From: Candidatus Limnocylindrales bacterium | Lineage (GTDB): Bacteria; Chloroflexota; Limnocylindria; Limnocylindrales; CSP1-4 | Direction: 5' to 3' | Assembly (NCBI GenBank): GCA_036555445.1 | Contig: DATBLH010000103.1 | Coordinates: forward strand, 1-59,307 | DNA: 59,307 nt | Shown: positions 17,901 through 26,373 of the stretch, piece by piece | How the letters are laid out: every line of letters starts with the position of its first letter | How positions within the stretch are numbered: the stretch's first letter is position 1 | The notes under the pieces: model-generated | What the model was told of the DNA's origin: nothing | Seen by the model: only the letters and a program-made list of their open reading frames with translations | The model's database searches: none | Position numbers and translations under genes: made by a program

Positions 17901-19958
17901 GCCAAGCACGCGGTCGCGCGCGCGGAGTGGTACCGCGAGGACGCTGTGGGCGCCCAGCCGTTCGAGGAGCTCCGCGTGTTCCGGCCCCTGGCTGCGGCTG
18001 CGGAGCGCCTCGGGGGTCAGATTCTCGATCAGGACGGCCCGCTCTTCGCGCACGGCGATCGCACCGGCCGTCGTGCCGCCCAGGATCGTCGGGTGGGCAA
18101 CGAGTGCCTCCGCGAGCGCCTGCTTGGCCGGATCGGCTGTGACGATCGCGGCGCGGCGAACGGACCCGCCGGGCTCGATGAGGTCGACGACGCTCCAGTC
18201 CGCCAGATCGGGGACGACCGCTCGCACGGCTGCGGTCACGGTCTCCTCGGGGTCCAGGCTCCCTTCGAGGGCCTTGGACGTCCGGGCAAGGACTTCCAGT
18301 CGCTCGATCGCGCGGCGCTCGTCTTCGACGTCGGTCACGCTTCCCACGTACTCGCGAACGCCACCGTCGGGTGCCCGGATGGGGACCCCGCGAACGACGA
18401 CCCGACGATAGGCGCCGTCGTGGCGGCGCAGCCGGTACGAGGTCTCGAAGTAGTCGTGGTCAACGGCCGTCCGCTCGACGAGCGCTTCTCTCGCCGCGCG
18501 ATCCTCGGGGTGAATCGCATCCAGCCAGCCGCGACCCAGGTACTCCGCCTCCGTCTGCCCGGTGAACGCTTCCCATGCCGCCTGCCCGGGATTCATCGCG
18601 CCGTCGACCGATGCCGTCCAGATCACATCGCTCGTTGCGCTGGCGAGTAACCGGAAGCGGTCCTTGCTCAGGCTGAGCGCGGTTTCGGCCGCCCTGGCCT
18701 CCTCGGCGATCCGGTGCTCCTGGCTGATGTCGCTCGAGATGACCACGAGCGAGGTGGCATGACCGGCGTCGTCCCGGATCGCCGACACGCTGTCGCGCAC
18801 CCAGACGATCTCGCCGTTCGGTCGCACGTAGCGCTTCTCGATCACGAACGGGCGCCCCTCGTCGATCAGCCCGCGCAGGAGCTCGAGCCGTCGTGGGAGA
18901 TCGTCGGGATGGGCGATGTCCTGGAGACGGAGCTGGTACAGCTCCTCGCGCGATCGCCCGGTGATCTCGCCATAGCGCGCGTTGGCGAACAGGAATCGAC
19001 CGTCGAGACCGGTCTGGGCGATCCCGGACAGGACGGATGCGAACAGGGCACTCAGACGGCCCTCCGCTTCCCGCAGGGACTTCTGGGCTCGGATCGTCTC
19101 GTCGATATCGGTCGATGTGCCGATCCAGCCCGTGATGTCGCCACCCTGATCGCGGACAGGCAGCGCCCGGACAACGTGCCATCGGTCGGCACCGTCGGCC
19201 CGTCGAAGGCGAGCGGTCGCCTCCATCGGCTCGCCGCCGGCGAGCGCCGCATCCCATCGCGATCGCAGGTCGTCGCGGTCGGCCTCGTGCACCGGCGTGG
19301 CGTCGACCAGGGATCGTCCGATCTCCGGCTGCGACCCGACGTACTCGTGCCAGCGGCGGTTCACGCGGACGAGCGACCCGCGAGCGTCCGTCATCCAGGC
19401 GATGGTGGGGATGGCGTCGGCGAGCTCGCGATACAGCGCCTCGCTCGCGCGGACACCGGCTTCGGCGACGACACGCTCGGTGATGTCGTGGAAGGTGTTG
19501 ACGGCGTAGACGATCGACCCACCCGCGTCGCGAAGCGGCGTCGCGCGCACGATCGCCCACCGATCCCGACCCGTCGCCCGGGAACGGAAGCGGAGCGTCA
19601 GCGGTTCGGGATCCTGGCCCTCCAGCGCCAGCCGTCCCGGAAGCACTGCAGGCGAGAGCCGCTCGCCGTCCTCACCGTAGAGCTCGAACCGGGCAAGGAT
19701 CTGGGGGCCCGAGGCGGCAAGGAGCTCATCGACCGAATCGAAGCCGATGATGGCAACGGCGGCCTTGTTGGCATACACCAGGTTGCCGGCGCGGTCCTGC
19801 ACGGTCACGCCATCGGCGACGGAGTGGAGGACCTCTTCGATCTGGTCGCCCAGTGGGAGCCTTGCCCGCTGCTTGGTCGTGCCCGGGGACGTTGCAGGTC
19901 CTCCCCTCGCGCGCATGCCTCGACGGCACGCGTGCCGAGGAGGCTCCCCCCGGGCCAT
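14922..19958 (-). CDS. Cytoplasmic multi-PAS/GAF sensor histidine kinase (1678 aa)
   Basis: Several PAS/PAC repeats (IHPED, AHPDD, VRDSV...DIS), three GAF-like segments, H-box SHELRTP, N-box NLLSNAAKY, DRGPG, F box, GAGIGL; no TM segment seen; exact start uncertain. Confidence 0.93.
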   Translation of the reverse strand: MARGEPPRHACRRGMRARGGPATSPGTTKQRARLPLGDQIEEVLHSVADGVTVQDRAGNLVYANKAAVAIIGFDSVDELLAASGPQILARFELYGEDGERLSPAVLPGRLALEGQDPEPLTLRFRSRATGRDRWAIVRATPLRDAGGSIVYAVNTFHDITERVVAEAGVRASEALYRELADAIPTIAWMTDARGSLVRVNRRWHEYVGSQPEIGRSLVDATPVHEADRDDLRSRWDAALAGGEPMEATARLRRADGADRWHVVRALPVRDQGGDITGWIGTSTDIDETIRAQKSLREAEGRLSALFASVLSGIAQTGLDGRFLFANARYGEITGRSREELYQLRLQDIAHPDDLPRRLELLRGLIDEGRPFVIEKRYVRPNGEIVWVRDSVSAIRDDAGHATSLVVISSDISQEHRIAEEARAAETALSLSKDRFRLLASATSDVIWTASVDGAMNPGQAAWEAFTGQTEAEYLGRGWLDAIHPEDRAAREALVERTAVDHDYFETSYRLRRHDGAYRRVVVRGVPIRAPDGGVREYVGSVTDVEDERRAIERLEVLARTSKALEGSLDPEETVTAAVRAVVPDLADWSVVDLIEPGGSVRRAAIVTADPAKQALAEALVAHPTILGGTTAGAIAVREERAVLIENLTPEALRSRSQGPEHAELLERLGAHSVLAVPLRARDRVLGAMFFVLNDPDRHFDQQDLELATDIGSRAGLAIANAGLYAETQRALAAAERATQRTEQLRRIGTALSDARSQREVAAIALAEARTATGASSGHVSVIRSGVLVAEAIAGYPPELMEDRRRVALDGDHQLAVVVQRAEPQWITETTGRGDPASDGSTAILPLSHEGGIVGLLSLGWTESRPFDETERSFLLALAGQTAQALARVGLLEARELLFLDLEAQRARLETVLAQMPSGVLIADVNGQLVMANGRSGEIWRQPIPPGRSTSDYPEYVAFDAHGRQLGDDDWPLVRALRQGETVVGEEFEIVRFDGSRGWIVNDAAPVRDGGGRVIAAVSVFSDITERRQEVAANEFLVDASAVLASSLDYEETIARVAELAVPRVADWCAVHLVDENGAIQVVAVAHSDPSKVELARAMSGRYPPDPGAERGVPAVIRTGRPDLMTEIPRDLIDQAVVNDDVREQLVALDLRSYLSVPLVWQGRTLGAMTFVGAESGRRFTESDLGFAQDVADRAAAAIQRALLFRDADRYRQVLDTIADATMTIDPESLRFSYANQGAIDALGYSRAELVQLGPADLVVDLDEAGFRALIAPLVDGRMESRTVTQAYRARDGHVIPVEILLQHVATAREPGRIVAVARDITDRVEAQARLQRLAESEHARAAELNAVLRALGDGVVVLSADGRIRLANPAAEVLLPETASGTYDRILGRLIDPDGDAPRLGHRDGPVELRVDGPEERWVELSTWPVESRSEPAGQVETIVLLRDVTAARQRQMVRDTFVGVLSHELRTPVTTIFAGAKVLAREGSSIDPDVRQSVFEDIHSEAERLHRLVEDVVALTRFGEEELSIGQEPVLVQRILPNVVRSEEVRWPGTTFQVEVPPGLPTVSADPTYVEQVVRNLLSNAAKYGGEEPVRLIAEAGRDEVRIRILDRGPGFQPDEGSRLFELFYRAPSTAGQASGAGIGLYVCARLIQAMGGRIWATPRPDGGAEFGFALTVMDED

Positions 19959-20070
19959 CTTCCCGGGAGGCGATCGATCAAGTTACCGATATCCGTCGGC
20001 GTTCACGTTACAGATCCGTTGCGATCTCGTCCGCCGGCATCACGATCGCAAATCGCGCGATGGTCCGCGG

Positions 20071-21174
20071 CTACTCGGGAGCGGTCCGGACGCGGGGGCG
20101 GGTCGCTCGCCTGGGCCGCTCGGGCGCCTCGGCCTCCCCGCCTCCTTCATCCTCGCGCGCGAGCAGTCGCTCGATCACCACCGCCGCGGCCGCGGCCACC
20201 GGCAGAGCCAGGAGTGCGCCGACGAATCCACCGGCGGCCGCACCGACCAGCACGGTGATCAGCACGATCAACGGCGAGAGGCCGATCGTGTTGCGCATGA
20301 CGAGGGGCACCAGGATGTTGCCCTCGATGATCTGGACGATCGCGTACACGACCGCGACCGCGACCACGAGCTGGGGCGAGATCGTCGACGCCACGAGCAG
20401 GGCCGGGATCGCGCCCAGCACGGGTCCCACGATCGGGATCGCCTCGGCCAGCGCGGCCAGGACCCCCAGCAGGAGCGCCGACGGCAGGCCCAGGATCGCG
20501 TAGGCGGTTCCGGCGCCGACGCCCATCGTGCCCATGAGGATCAGCTGGCCCCGCACCCAACGACCGAGCCGATCCTCGATCTCGCTCCACGCCTCACGTG
20601 CCTCGGCCCGACGATCCGCCGGCACGACCGCGAGCAGCGAGCGCTCGAGGCGCGAGTGCTCGAGCAGCCAGAAGGCAACGATCGTGAGCAGGGTCATCAA
20701 CCCGGCCAGGGCCTCGGCCACGCTGAGTCCGGCCTGGACCACGACGTCGGGGTCGGGTGGCGGAGGGCTGGTGAGCGCCTCCGCCCGGTCGATGACCGCG
20801 GTGAGGGACGACGAAAGGGTCGGGGGCCCAAGCGTCGCCGCCCAGTCGCGGGCCTGATCGAAGAACGACGGGAGCGCCCGGGCGATCTCGGCACTCTGCT
20901 CGATGGCGGCCGGCACGATGACCAGCGCCAGGCCGAGAACGACCAGGAACATGCCGGCGAACACGACCAGGATTGATGCGCCACGGTTGATCGGGAGGCG
21001 GCTGCGGATGCCGTCCACGAGCGGCTCGATCCCGGATGCGAGGAGGATCGCCAGGAATACGAGGACGAGCACCGGCCCGGCGGCAACCGCGAGCACGAGG
21101 ACGAGCACGGTGAACGCGACCCCGGCCGCGAGGCTCGCCCCGCGGCGGAACCAGGTGACGGCTTCGGAACGCAC
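20071..21174 (-). CDS. AI-2E (PerM/YhhT) family transporter
   Basis: Multi-TM; WVRGQLI, IPIVGPVLGAIP, IEGNILVPLVM, GALLALP. Confidence 0.92.
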   Translation of the reverse strand: MRSEAVTWFRRGASLAAGVAFTVLVLVLAVAAGPVLVLVFLAILLASGIEPLVDGIRSRLPINRGASILVVFAGMFLVVLGLALVIVPAAIEQSAEIARALPSFFDQARDWAATLGPPTLSSSLTAVIDRAEALTSPPPPDPDVVVQAGLSVAEALAGLMTLLTIVAFWLLEHSRLERSLLAVVPADRRAEAREAWSEIEDRLGRWVRGQLILMGTMGVGAGTAYAILGLPSALLLGVLAALAEAIPIVGPVLGAIPALLVASTISPQLVVAVAVVYAIVQIIEGNILVPLVMRNTIGLSPLIVLITVLVGAAAGGFVGALLALPVAAAAAVVIERLLAREDEGGGEAEAPERPRRATRPRVRTAPE

Positions 21175-21367
21175 CCTCAGCCCGGCGACGGGCGCGGCGC
21201 ACGCGTCGCCCGGTCCGTGGCAGGGGCCGGACGGATCATGGCCTCAGGCTCCGGCACCGGTACTCGCGGACGGTGCCGTCGCGACCCACGGCGGCTTGCA
21301 GAAGGCTTGCGCGGGAGGGTCCGACGGCCGTGGGCGGCTGGCCGGACGTCAGGTGCCCGGCCGGACG

Positions 21368-22633
21368 TCAGGCGCCCGGCACGACCACGTGGAACAGCTG
21401 GCCGGCGTCGAGGAGGGTGACATAGACCTCGCCCGCTTCGTCCTCGCCGAACGAGCTCAACTGCCCGGCCGCGCCGCCGATCTCGGTCGGTTCCTGGCGC
21501 GCCTCGCCGATCGCGTCGATCGCCCACAGCTGTCCCGAGCAGTAGTCGCCGAAGAGGTAGGCGCCGCGGAGCCCGTCCTGGACGGTGCCGCGGTAGACAT
21601 AGCCGCCGATCACCGTGCAGCCGACGTCGTGGCCGTACTCGGCGACCGGGGCGGTGAGCTCGTCGCCGCAGTCCTCGGCCCGGCAATGGAAGCCCTCCAT
21701 CCGCGACCAGCCGAAGTTCGTGCCACCTGGAGCCCCCGCGCGCTGGACGTCGATCTCCTCCCACGAGCCCTGGCCCACGTCCCCGATCCACAAGTCGCCG
21801 GTCGTCCGATCGAAGCTCGTTCGCCACGGGTTCCGGAGGCCGGTCAGCCAGATCTCGGGCTCTCCTCCGCCTCCTGCGAACGGGTTGTCGGCCGGGATTC
21901 CATAGCCGCGATCACCGTTGGTGGTGTCGACATCGATGCGGAGGATCTTGCCGAGCAGGGTGTCCGTGCGCTGGCCGTTGTCCTGGGGATCGCCGCCGGA
22001 GCCGCCGTCACCGGTGGCGATGGTCAGGAGCCCATCGGGACCGAACGCAAGGGCCCCGCCGTTGTGGTTGGGGAACGGCTGGTCGATCCGAAGCAGGCGC
22101 TGTTCCGAGGACGGGTCGGCCCGGTCGGCACCGGGGGTGGCAACCCGGAACGAGGACACGATCGTGTCCCCCTCGTCTGCCTCGGTGTAGTCGACGAACA
22201 GCCGCGGGTCGTCGGGGAACCGGGGATGGAATGCGAGGCCGAGCAGCCCGCGCTCACCGCCGTCCAGGATCCGGTCCGAGAGATCGAGGAATGGATCGGC
22301 GGCTAGCCGGCCGTCCCTCACGACGAAGATTCGTCCGCCCTGTTCGACGACGAACAGGCGCCCGCTCCCGTCTCCGGCATGGACGGCGGCCAGCGGTCGG
22401 TCGAAGCCCCCGGCGACCTGATCGAGCTCCACGTGGAGGCTCCGTCGTGCAACCGGCGGCGGCGAGGGTCCCCCCGACAAGGATGGCGCTGCGCTCGAGC
22501 TGGGGGTCGCGGGGCTCCGCGTGGGTGATGGGGCAACCGGGGTCACCGGGGCCACCGGGGCACAGGCCGTGGCGAGCCATGAGGCGGCGCACAGGAGGAT
22601 GGACAGGCGGCGCGATCGCGTCCCGCGGGTCAT
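21368..22633 (-). CDS. PQQ-dependent sugar dehydrogenase (GdhB/sorbosone family), lipoprotein
   Basis: ERGLLGLAFHP, NHNGGALAFGPDG, GDGGS, GKILRID, GLRNPW, WIGDVGQ, NFGW; N-terminus MTRGTRSRRLSILLCAASWLATAC followed by a Pro/Ser linker. Confidence 0.92.
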   Translation of the reverse strand: MTRGTRSRRLSILLCAASWLATACAPVAPVTPVAPSPTRSPATPSSSAAPSLSGGPSPPPVARRSLHVELDQVAGGFDRPLAAVHAGDGSGRLFVVEQGGRIFVVRDGRLAADPFLDLSDRILDGGERGLLGLAFHPRFPDDPRLFVDYTEADEGDTIVSSFRVATPGADRADPSSEQRLLRIDQPFPNHNGGALAFGPDGLLTIATGDGGSGGDPQDNGQRTDTLLGKILRIDVDTTNGDRGYGIPADNPFAGGGGEPEIWLTGLRNPWRTSFDRTTGDLWIGDVGQGSWEEIDVQRAGAPGGTNFGWSRMEGFHCRAEDCGDELTAPVAEYGHDVGCTVIGGYVYRGTVQDGLRGAYLFGDYCSGQLWAIDAIGEARQEPTEIGGAAGQLSSFGEDEAGEVYVTLLDAGQLFHVVVPGA

Positions 22634-22690
22634 CTCGGCGAATCGTACGTTCCGGTCCCGGATCCGGTTCCCGTGGGCTACCCTGCGGCG

Positions 22691-23038
22691 ATGGAGACGT
22701 TCGATCTCGATGCCCTCCGGGCACGCCAGGCCGCGGGTGGCCGGCCCTATCTCGAGTTCCTGAGCGTTCCGGATCTCTCGATCGGGCTGTACGTTCTGCC
22801 GTCCGGGGGCGTGGATCGTCAGCAGCCGCACACCGAGGACGAGGCGTACTACGTGGTGGCCGGCCGGGGCCGGATCACCGTGGACGACGAGACCCAGGAG
22901 GTGCATCCCGGCTCGATCGTCTTCGTGGCGGCCGCCGTCCCGCACCACTTCCACGACATCGAGGAGGAGCTGACCCTGCTGGTCGTCTTTGGCCCGGCCG
23001 AAGGTTCGCGCGCCCGGCCAACCGATCCGTCGAGCTAG
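22691..23038 (+). CDS. Cupin-2 domain protein
   Basis: QQPHTEDEAYYV...VPHHFH metal-binding cupin motifs; TACCCT 6 nt before ATG22691. Confidence 0.88.
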   Translation: METFDLDALRARQAAGGRPYLEFLSVPDLSIGLYVLPSGGVDRQQPHTEDEAYYVVAGRGRITVDDETQEVHPGSIVFVAAAVPHHFHDIEEELTLLVVFGPAEGSRARPTDPSS

Positions 23039-23751
23039 CCGGGCCCAGACGCTCCGACCGCCTCTGCCAGCTCGCGCGCAAGCTCCGGCGCCCGCCCGAC
23101 GGGGTCGTGGCGGAAGAACACGAACGCGTCGGTTCCCGACGCCAGGAACGGCTCCAGGCGGGCAGCCCAGGCTGCGATCTCCGCGGAGGCGTAATCGTGC
23201 CGCCGGAGCCTCAGGTAGAGGAACGGGCCGGTGCGATGGATCGATGGCGGGTTCTCGTCCTCCGGTGTTTCCGTCGCCACCCACGCGGCACCAGCTGCGG
23301 TGACGACCCGGAAGGTCTCGTCCACTGCCCACGACGGATGCTGGGCCTCGATCGCGATGGGGAGGTCCCGTGGCCAGGCCTCGAGGAGGGACCGTAGGCG
23401 ATCGTCGTTGCGCGCGACCTCGGCCGGCACGCGGAACAGGATGGCACCCAGGCGCTCGCCGAATCGCCGATACGGCCCTGTCAGCCAGTCCATCGATCCG
23501 GCAGGGTTGTTCGCGAGGAGTCGCATCGACCCGCCGCGTTGGGCCTTGACGGCGAACCGGAAGTCGTCCGGGGTCGCCGCCAGCCACGCCCGGACCTTGG
23601 ACTCGCTCGGCTGCTGGTAGAACGTGTTGTTCAGCTCGCAGGCGGGGAGGACCGAGGCGTAGTGGGAGAGCAGGCCGTCGGCCCGCAGGCCCGGCGGGTA
23701 GAACCGGGGCGACCATGCCGGGTAGGCAAAGCCACTGGTGCCCACGAGCAG
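23035..23751 (-). CDS. DUF72 (YecE-like) family protein
   Basis: GTSGFAYPAW, ELNNTFY, FRFAVKA, YLRLRR, VFFRHD. Start unresolved (CTG23751, GTG23745 or further upstream). Confidence 0.85.
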   Translation of the reverse strand: MLVGTSGFAYPAWSPRFYPPGLRADGLLSHYASVLPACELNNTFYQQPSESKVRAWLAATPDDFRFAVKAQRGGSMRLLANNPAGSMDWLTGPYRRFGERLGAILFRVPAEVARNDDRLRSLLEAWPRDLPIAIEAQHPSWAVDETFRVVTAAGAAWVATETPEDENPPSIHRTGPFLYLRLRRHDYASAEIAAWAARLEPFLASGTDAFVFFRHDPVGRAPELARELAEAVGASGPG

Positions 23752-23779
23752 CCGGCCGCGCCCGCCGCCCGTCGAGGGG

Positions 23780-24289
23780 TCAGTCGTCGTCCGTCTCGGC
23801 GGGAGGTGTCCCGGGAAGGCGGGCGGCCACCCGGCTGGCGACGCCGCCGAGCGATCGCTCGACGATCCCCAGGTCGTCGGGCGGGATGACGCCGAGGAAA
23901 TAGCTCTCGACGCCGCGCAGGTGCGTGGCCGATGCCGACCGGAGGCGTGCAAGGCCCGAGTCGGTCAGCTCCGCTTCTGCCCCGCGGCCGTCGGAGGTGC
24001 ACACGCATCGCGCGACGAGACCGTTGGCCTCGAGGCGGTCGATCAGCCGCGTCGTCCCACTCCGCGAGAGCAGCACCCGCTCCGCGAGCTCGTGCATCCG
24101 GAGCCGCCGGTGGCTGGCGGACGCCAGGTGGAGCAGGGTCTCGTACTCGCCGAGCGACAGGCCGTGCTCCGCGCGGAGCTCCTCGTCCAGGCGACGCACG
24201 AGGCGGGCATGGGCGGTCAGGAACGTGCGCCACGCGTCCAGGCGCGGGTCGTTCGGGGCAATGCGCGGCGAGGCGACGGTCTCGGGCAC
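23780..24289 (-). CDS. MarR family transcriptional regulator
   Basis: LSLGEYETLLHL...LRMHELAERVLLSRSGTTRLIDRLEANGLV.R...DGRG...LT; divergent from pirin. Confidence 0.93.
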   Translation of the reverse strand: MPETVASPRIAPNDPRLDAWRTFLTAHARLVRRLDEELRAEHGLSLGEYETLLHLASASHRRLRMHELAERVLLSRSGTTRLIDRLEANGLVARCVCTSDGRGAEAELTDSGLARLRSASATHLRGVESYFLGVIPPDDLGIVERSLGGVASRVAARLPGTPPAETDDD

Positions 24290-24310
24290 GAGCCCGATGA
24301 TACGCTACTC

Positions 24311-24332
24311 ATTGGTTGACCACGCAACGAAT
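24311..24332. promoter_or_regulatory. Probable MarR operator between marR and pirin
   Basis: Imperfect palindrome ATTgGTTG-N6-CAACgAAT in the 61-bp divergent intergenic gap. Confidence 0.6.
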
Positions 24333-24350
24333 GGGACGGCGAGCGGGGCG

Positions 24351-25085
24351 ATGAGGGACATCCGGGACGCGTCACAGATCCACCACACCGAGGGCGGCTG
24401 GTTCTCGGCTCGCTGGCACTTCTCGTTCGACGATTACCGCGACCCGGACCGGATGGGCCTCGGCCCGCTCCGCGTGTTCAACGACGATCGGCTCATCCCC
24501 GGGGCCGTATGGCCGCTGCATCCGCATCGCGACGTGGAAGGGATCACCTACGTCGTCCAGGGAACGTTCGAGCACAAGGACTCGGCCGGCAACGGCGGCA
24601 TCCTCCTTCCGGGCGCCGTCCAGCGAGCGACGCTGGGGTCGGGAATGTGGCACTCGGAGGGCAACGCCTCGGCCACCGAGCCGCTGCGCTTCCTCCAGTT
24701 CTGGATCCTGCCCGACGCGCCGGACCTGCCGCCGTCGGTTCAGCAGCAGCAGTTCGAGCGCAGCGACCGGCTCGGCCGCTGGCTACGCGTCGTGGGACCA
24801 GCGCAGCACGACCCGATCCTCGTCCACCAGGACGCGTCGGTCCACGTGGCGGCCCTCGAGCCGGGCCACGAGATCAGCCATCCGATCGAGGAGGGTCGCG
24901 GCGCCTATCTCTATCTGATCGATGGAGCCGGATCGTTCGACGACCGTCAAGTCGACAGCGGCGCCGCTGCCGCGATCACCGACGCCGCGGCGGTCAGTGT
25001 TCGGGCGAGCGCGCCATCCGAGCTGATCCTGGTCGACGTTCCCCTCGACTGGACACCGGTCGGCGTGTGGGCGGGTCGCGGGTAG
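24351..25085 (+). CDS. Pirin family protein (YhhW-like)
   Basis: ARWHFSF, LRVFNDD, HPHRDVEGITYV, HKDS.GN, GSGMWHSE, QFWI. Confidence 0.93.
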   Translation: MRDIRDASQIHHTEGGWFSARWHFSFDDYRDPDRMGLGPLRVFNDDRLIPGAVWPLHPHRDVEGITYVVQGTFEHKDSAGNGGILLPGAVQRATLGSGMWHSEGNASATEPLRFLQFWILPDAPDLPPSVQQQQFERSDRLGRWLRVVGPAQHDPILVHQDASVHVAALEPGHEISHPIEEGRGAYLYLIDGAGSFDDRQVDSGAAAAITDAAAVSVRASAPSELILVDVPLDWTPVGVWAGRG

Positions 25086-25107
25086 GCGGAGCCGCTAGCA
25101 TCCGGCC

Positions 25108-26373
25108 ATGAGCGGTTTCGACGTCGAGGCACTTCGCCGGCGGTTTCCAGCGCTGTCACTGACCAACGACGACGGCCGGCCGGTGGTCCTGTTCGATGGA
25201 CCCGGCGGGACCCAGGTCCCCGACACGGTGATCGACGCCGTGAGCCGCTACTACCGTGAGTCGAATGCGAATCACGGCGGCCCGTTCACCACCAGCCGGC
25301 GCTCGGACGCCATCGTCGACGAGGCCCATGCCGCGGTCGCCGACCTCCTCGGCGCCGATGCCGACGAGATCAAGTTCGGCGCCAACATGACGAGCCTCAC
25401 GCTGCACATCAGCCGATCGATCACGGCCACGATGCAGCCAGGCGACGAGATCGTCGTCACGACGCTCGACCACGATGCAAACGTGTCCCCGTGGAGGCTG
25501 GCTGCCGCCGATCGCGGCATCCGCGTGCGGACGGTCGACATCCGGGACCCGGACTGCACGCTCGACCTCGACCGCCTGGATGAGGCCCTGACCCAGCGCA
25601 CCCGCCTGGTCGCATTCGGCTGGGCGTCGAACGCCGTGGGGACGATCAACCCGGTGGCCGAGATCGTGCGCCGCGCCCACGCCGTGGGCGCCTGGACGTA
25701 CGTCGATGCGGTCCACGCGGCACCGCACCTGGCGCTCGACGTCCGAGGGGTCGACACCGATTTCCTCGCCTGCTCCGTCTACAAGTTCTTCGGGCCGCAC
25801 ATCGGCGCCCTGTTCGGCCGACGCGACCTCCTGCGCCGTCTCCCGGCGTATCGCGTCCGACCGGCCACCGACCGATTCGAGACCGGGACGGGCAACTTCG
25901 AGGGAGCCGCCGGGACCGCTGCGGCGATCGACTATCTCGCCGGCATCGGCCGCGCCCACGGCCAGCTCGACGGCCAAGGGCGGCGTGCCGAGCTGCGAGC
26001 CGGGATGGCCGCGATCCGCGCCTACGAGCTGGACCTGTATCGCCACCTCGTCGACGGGCTGGAGACGATCCCCGGACTCCGCCTGTGGGGAATCACCGAC
26101 CGCCACCGGTTCGAGGAACGGACGCCGACGGCTGCGTTCACCCTGGATGGGATCGCGCCGCGGGCGATCGCAGAGGCCCTTGGGCGAGATGGCATCGCGG
26201 TCTGGGACGGCGATTTCTATGCCACCGGCCTGATCGAGCGACTGGGCCTGGCGGACGCCGGGGGCGTGGTTCGCGTCGGGATGACCCACTACAACACGAC
26301 AACCGAGGTCGATCGGCTCGTCACCGCCATGCGGTCCCTCGCGGACGCGGAAGTCGCGATCGCTCGCGCGTGA
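25108..26373 (+). CDS. Cysteine desulfurase-like PLP protein (VC1184/TIGR01976 subfamily)
   Basis: FDGPGGTQVP, DHDAN..PW, VDAVH, CSVYKFFGPH, ETGT. Confidence 0.92.
   Translation: MSGFDVEALRRRFPALSLTNDDGRPVVLFDGPGGTQVPDTVIDAVSRYYRESNANHGGPFTTSRRSDAIVDEAHAAVADLLGADADEIKFGANMTSLTLHISRSITATMQPGDEIVVTTLDHDANVSPWRLAAADRGIRVRTVDIRDPDCTLDLDRLDEALTQRTRLVAFGWASNAVGTINPVAEIVRRAHAVGAWTYVDAVHAAPHLALDVRGVDTDFLACSVYKFFGPHIGALFGRRDLLRRLPAYRVRPATDRFETGTGNFEGAAGTAAAIDYLAGIGRAHGQLDGQGRRAELRAGMAAIRAYELDLYRHLVDGLETIPGLRLWGITDRHRFEERTPTAAFTLDGIAPRAIAEALGRDGIAVWDGDFYATGLIERLGLADAGGVVRVGMTHYNTTTEVDRLVTAMRSLADAEVAIARA

Noticed and set aside
14922-19958. LOV or phytochrome photosensor
   Set aside because: No NCRFLQ motif and no recognisable bilin-binding GAF/PHY signature.
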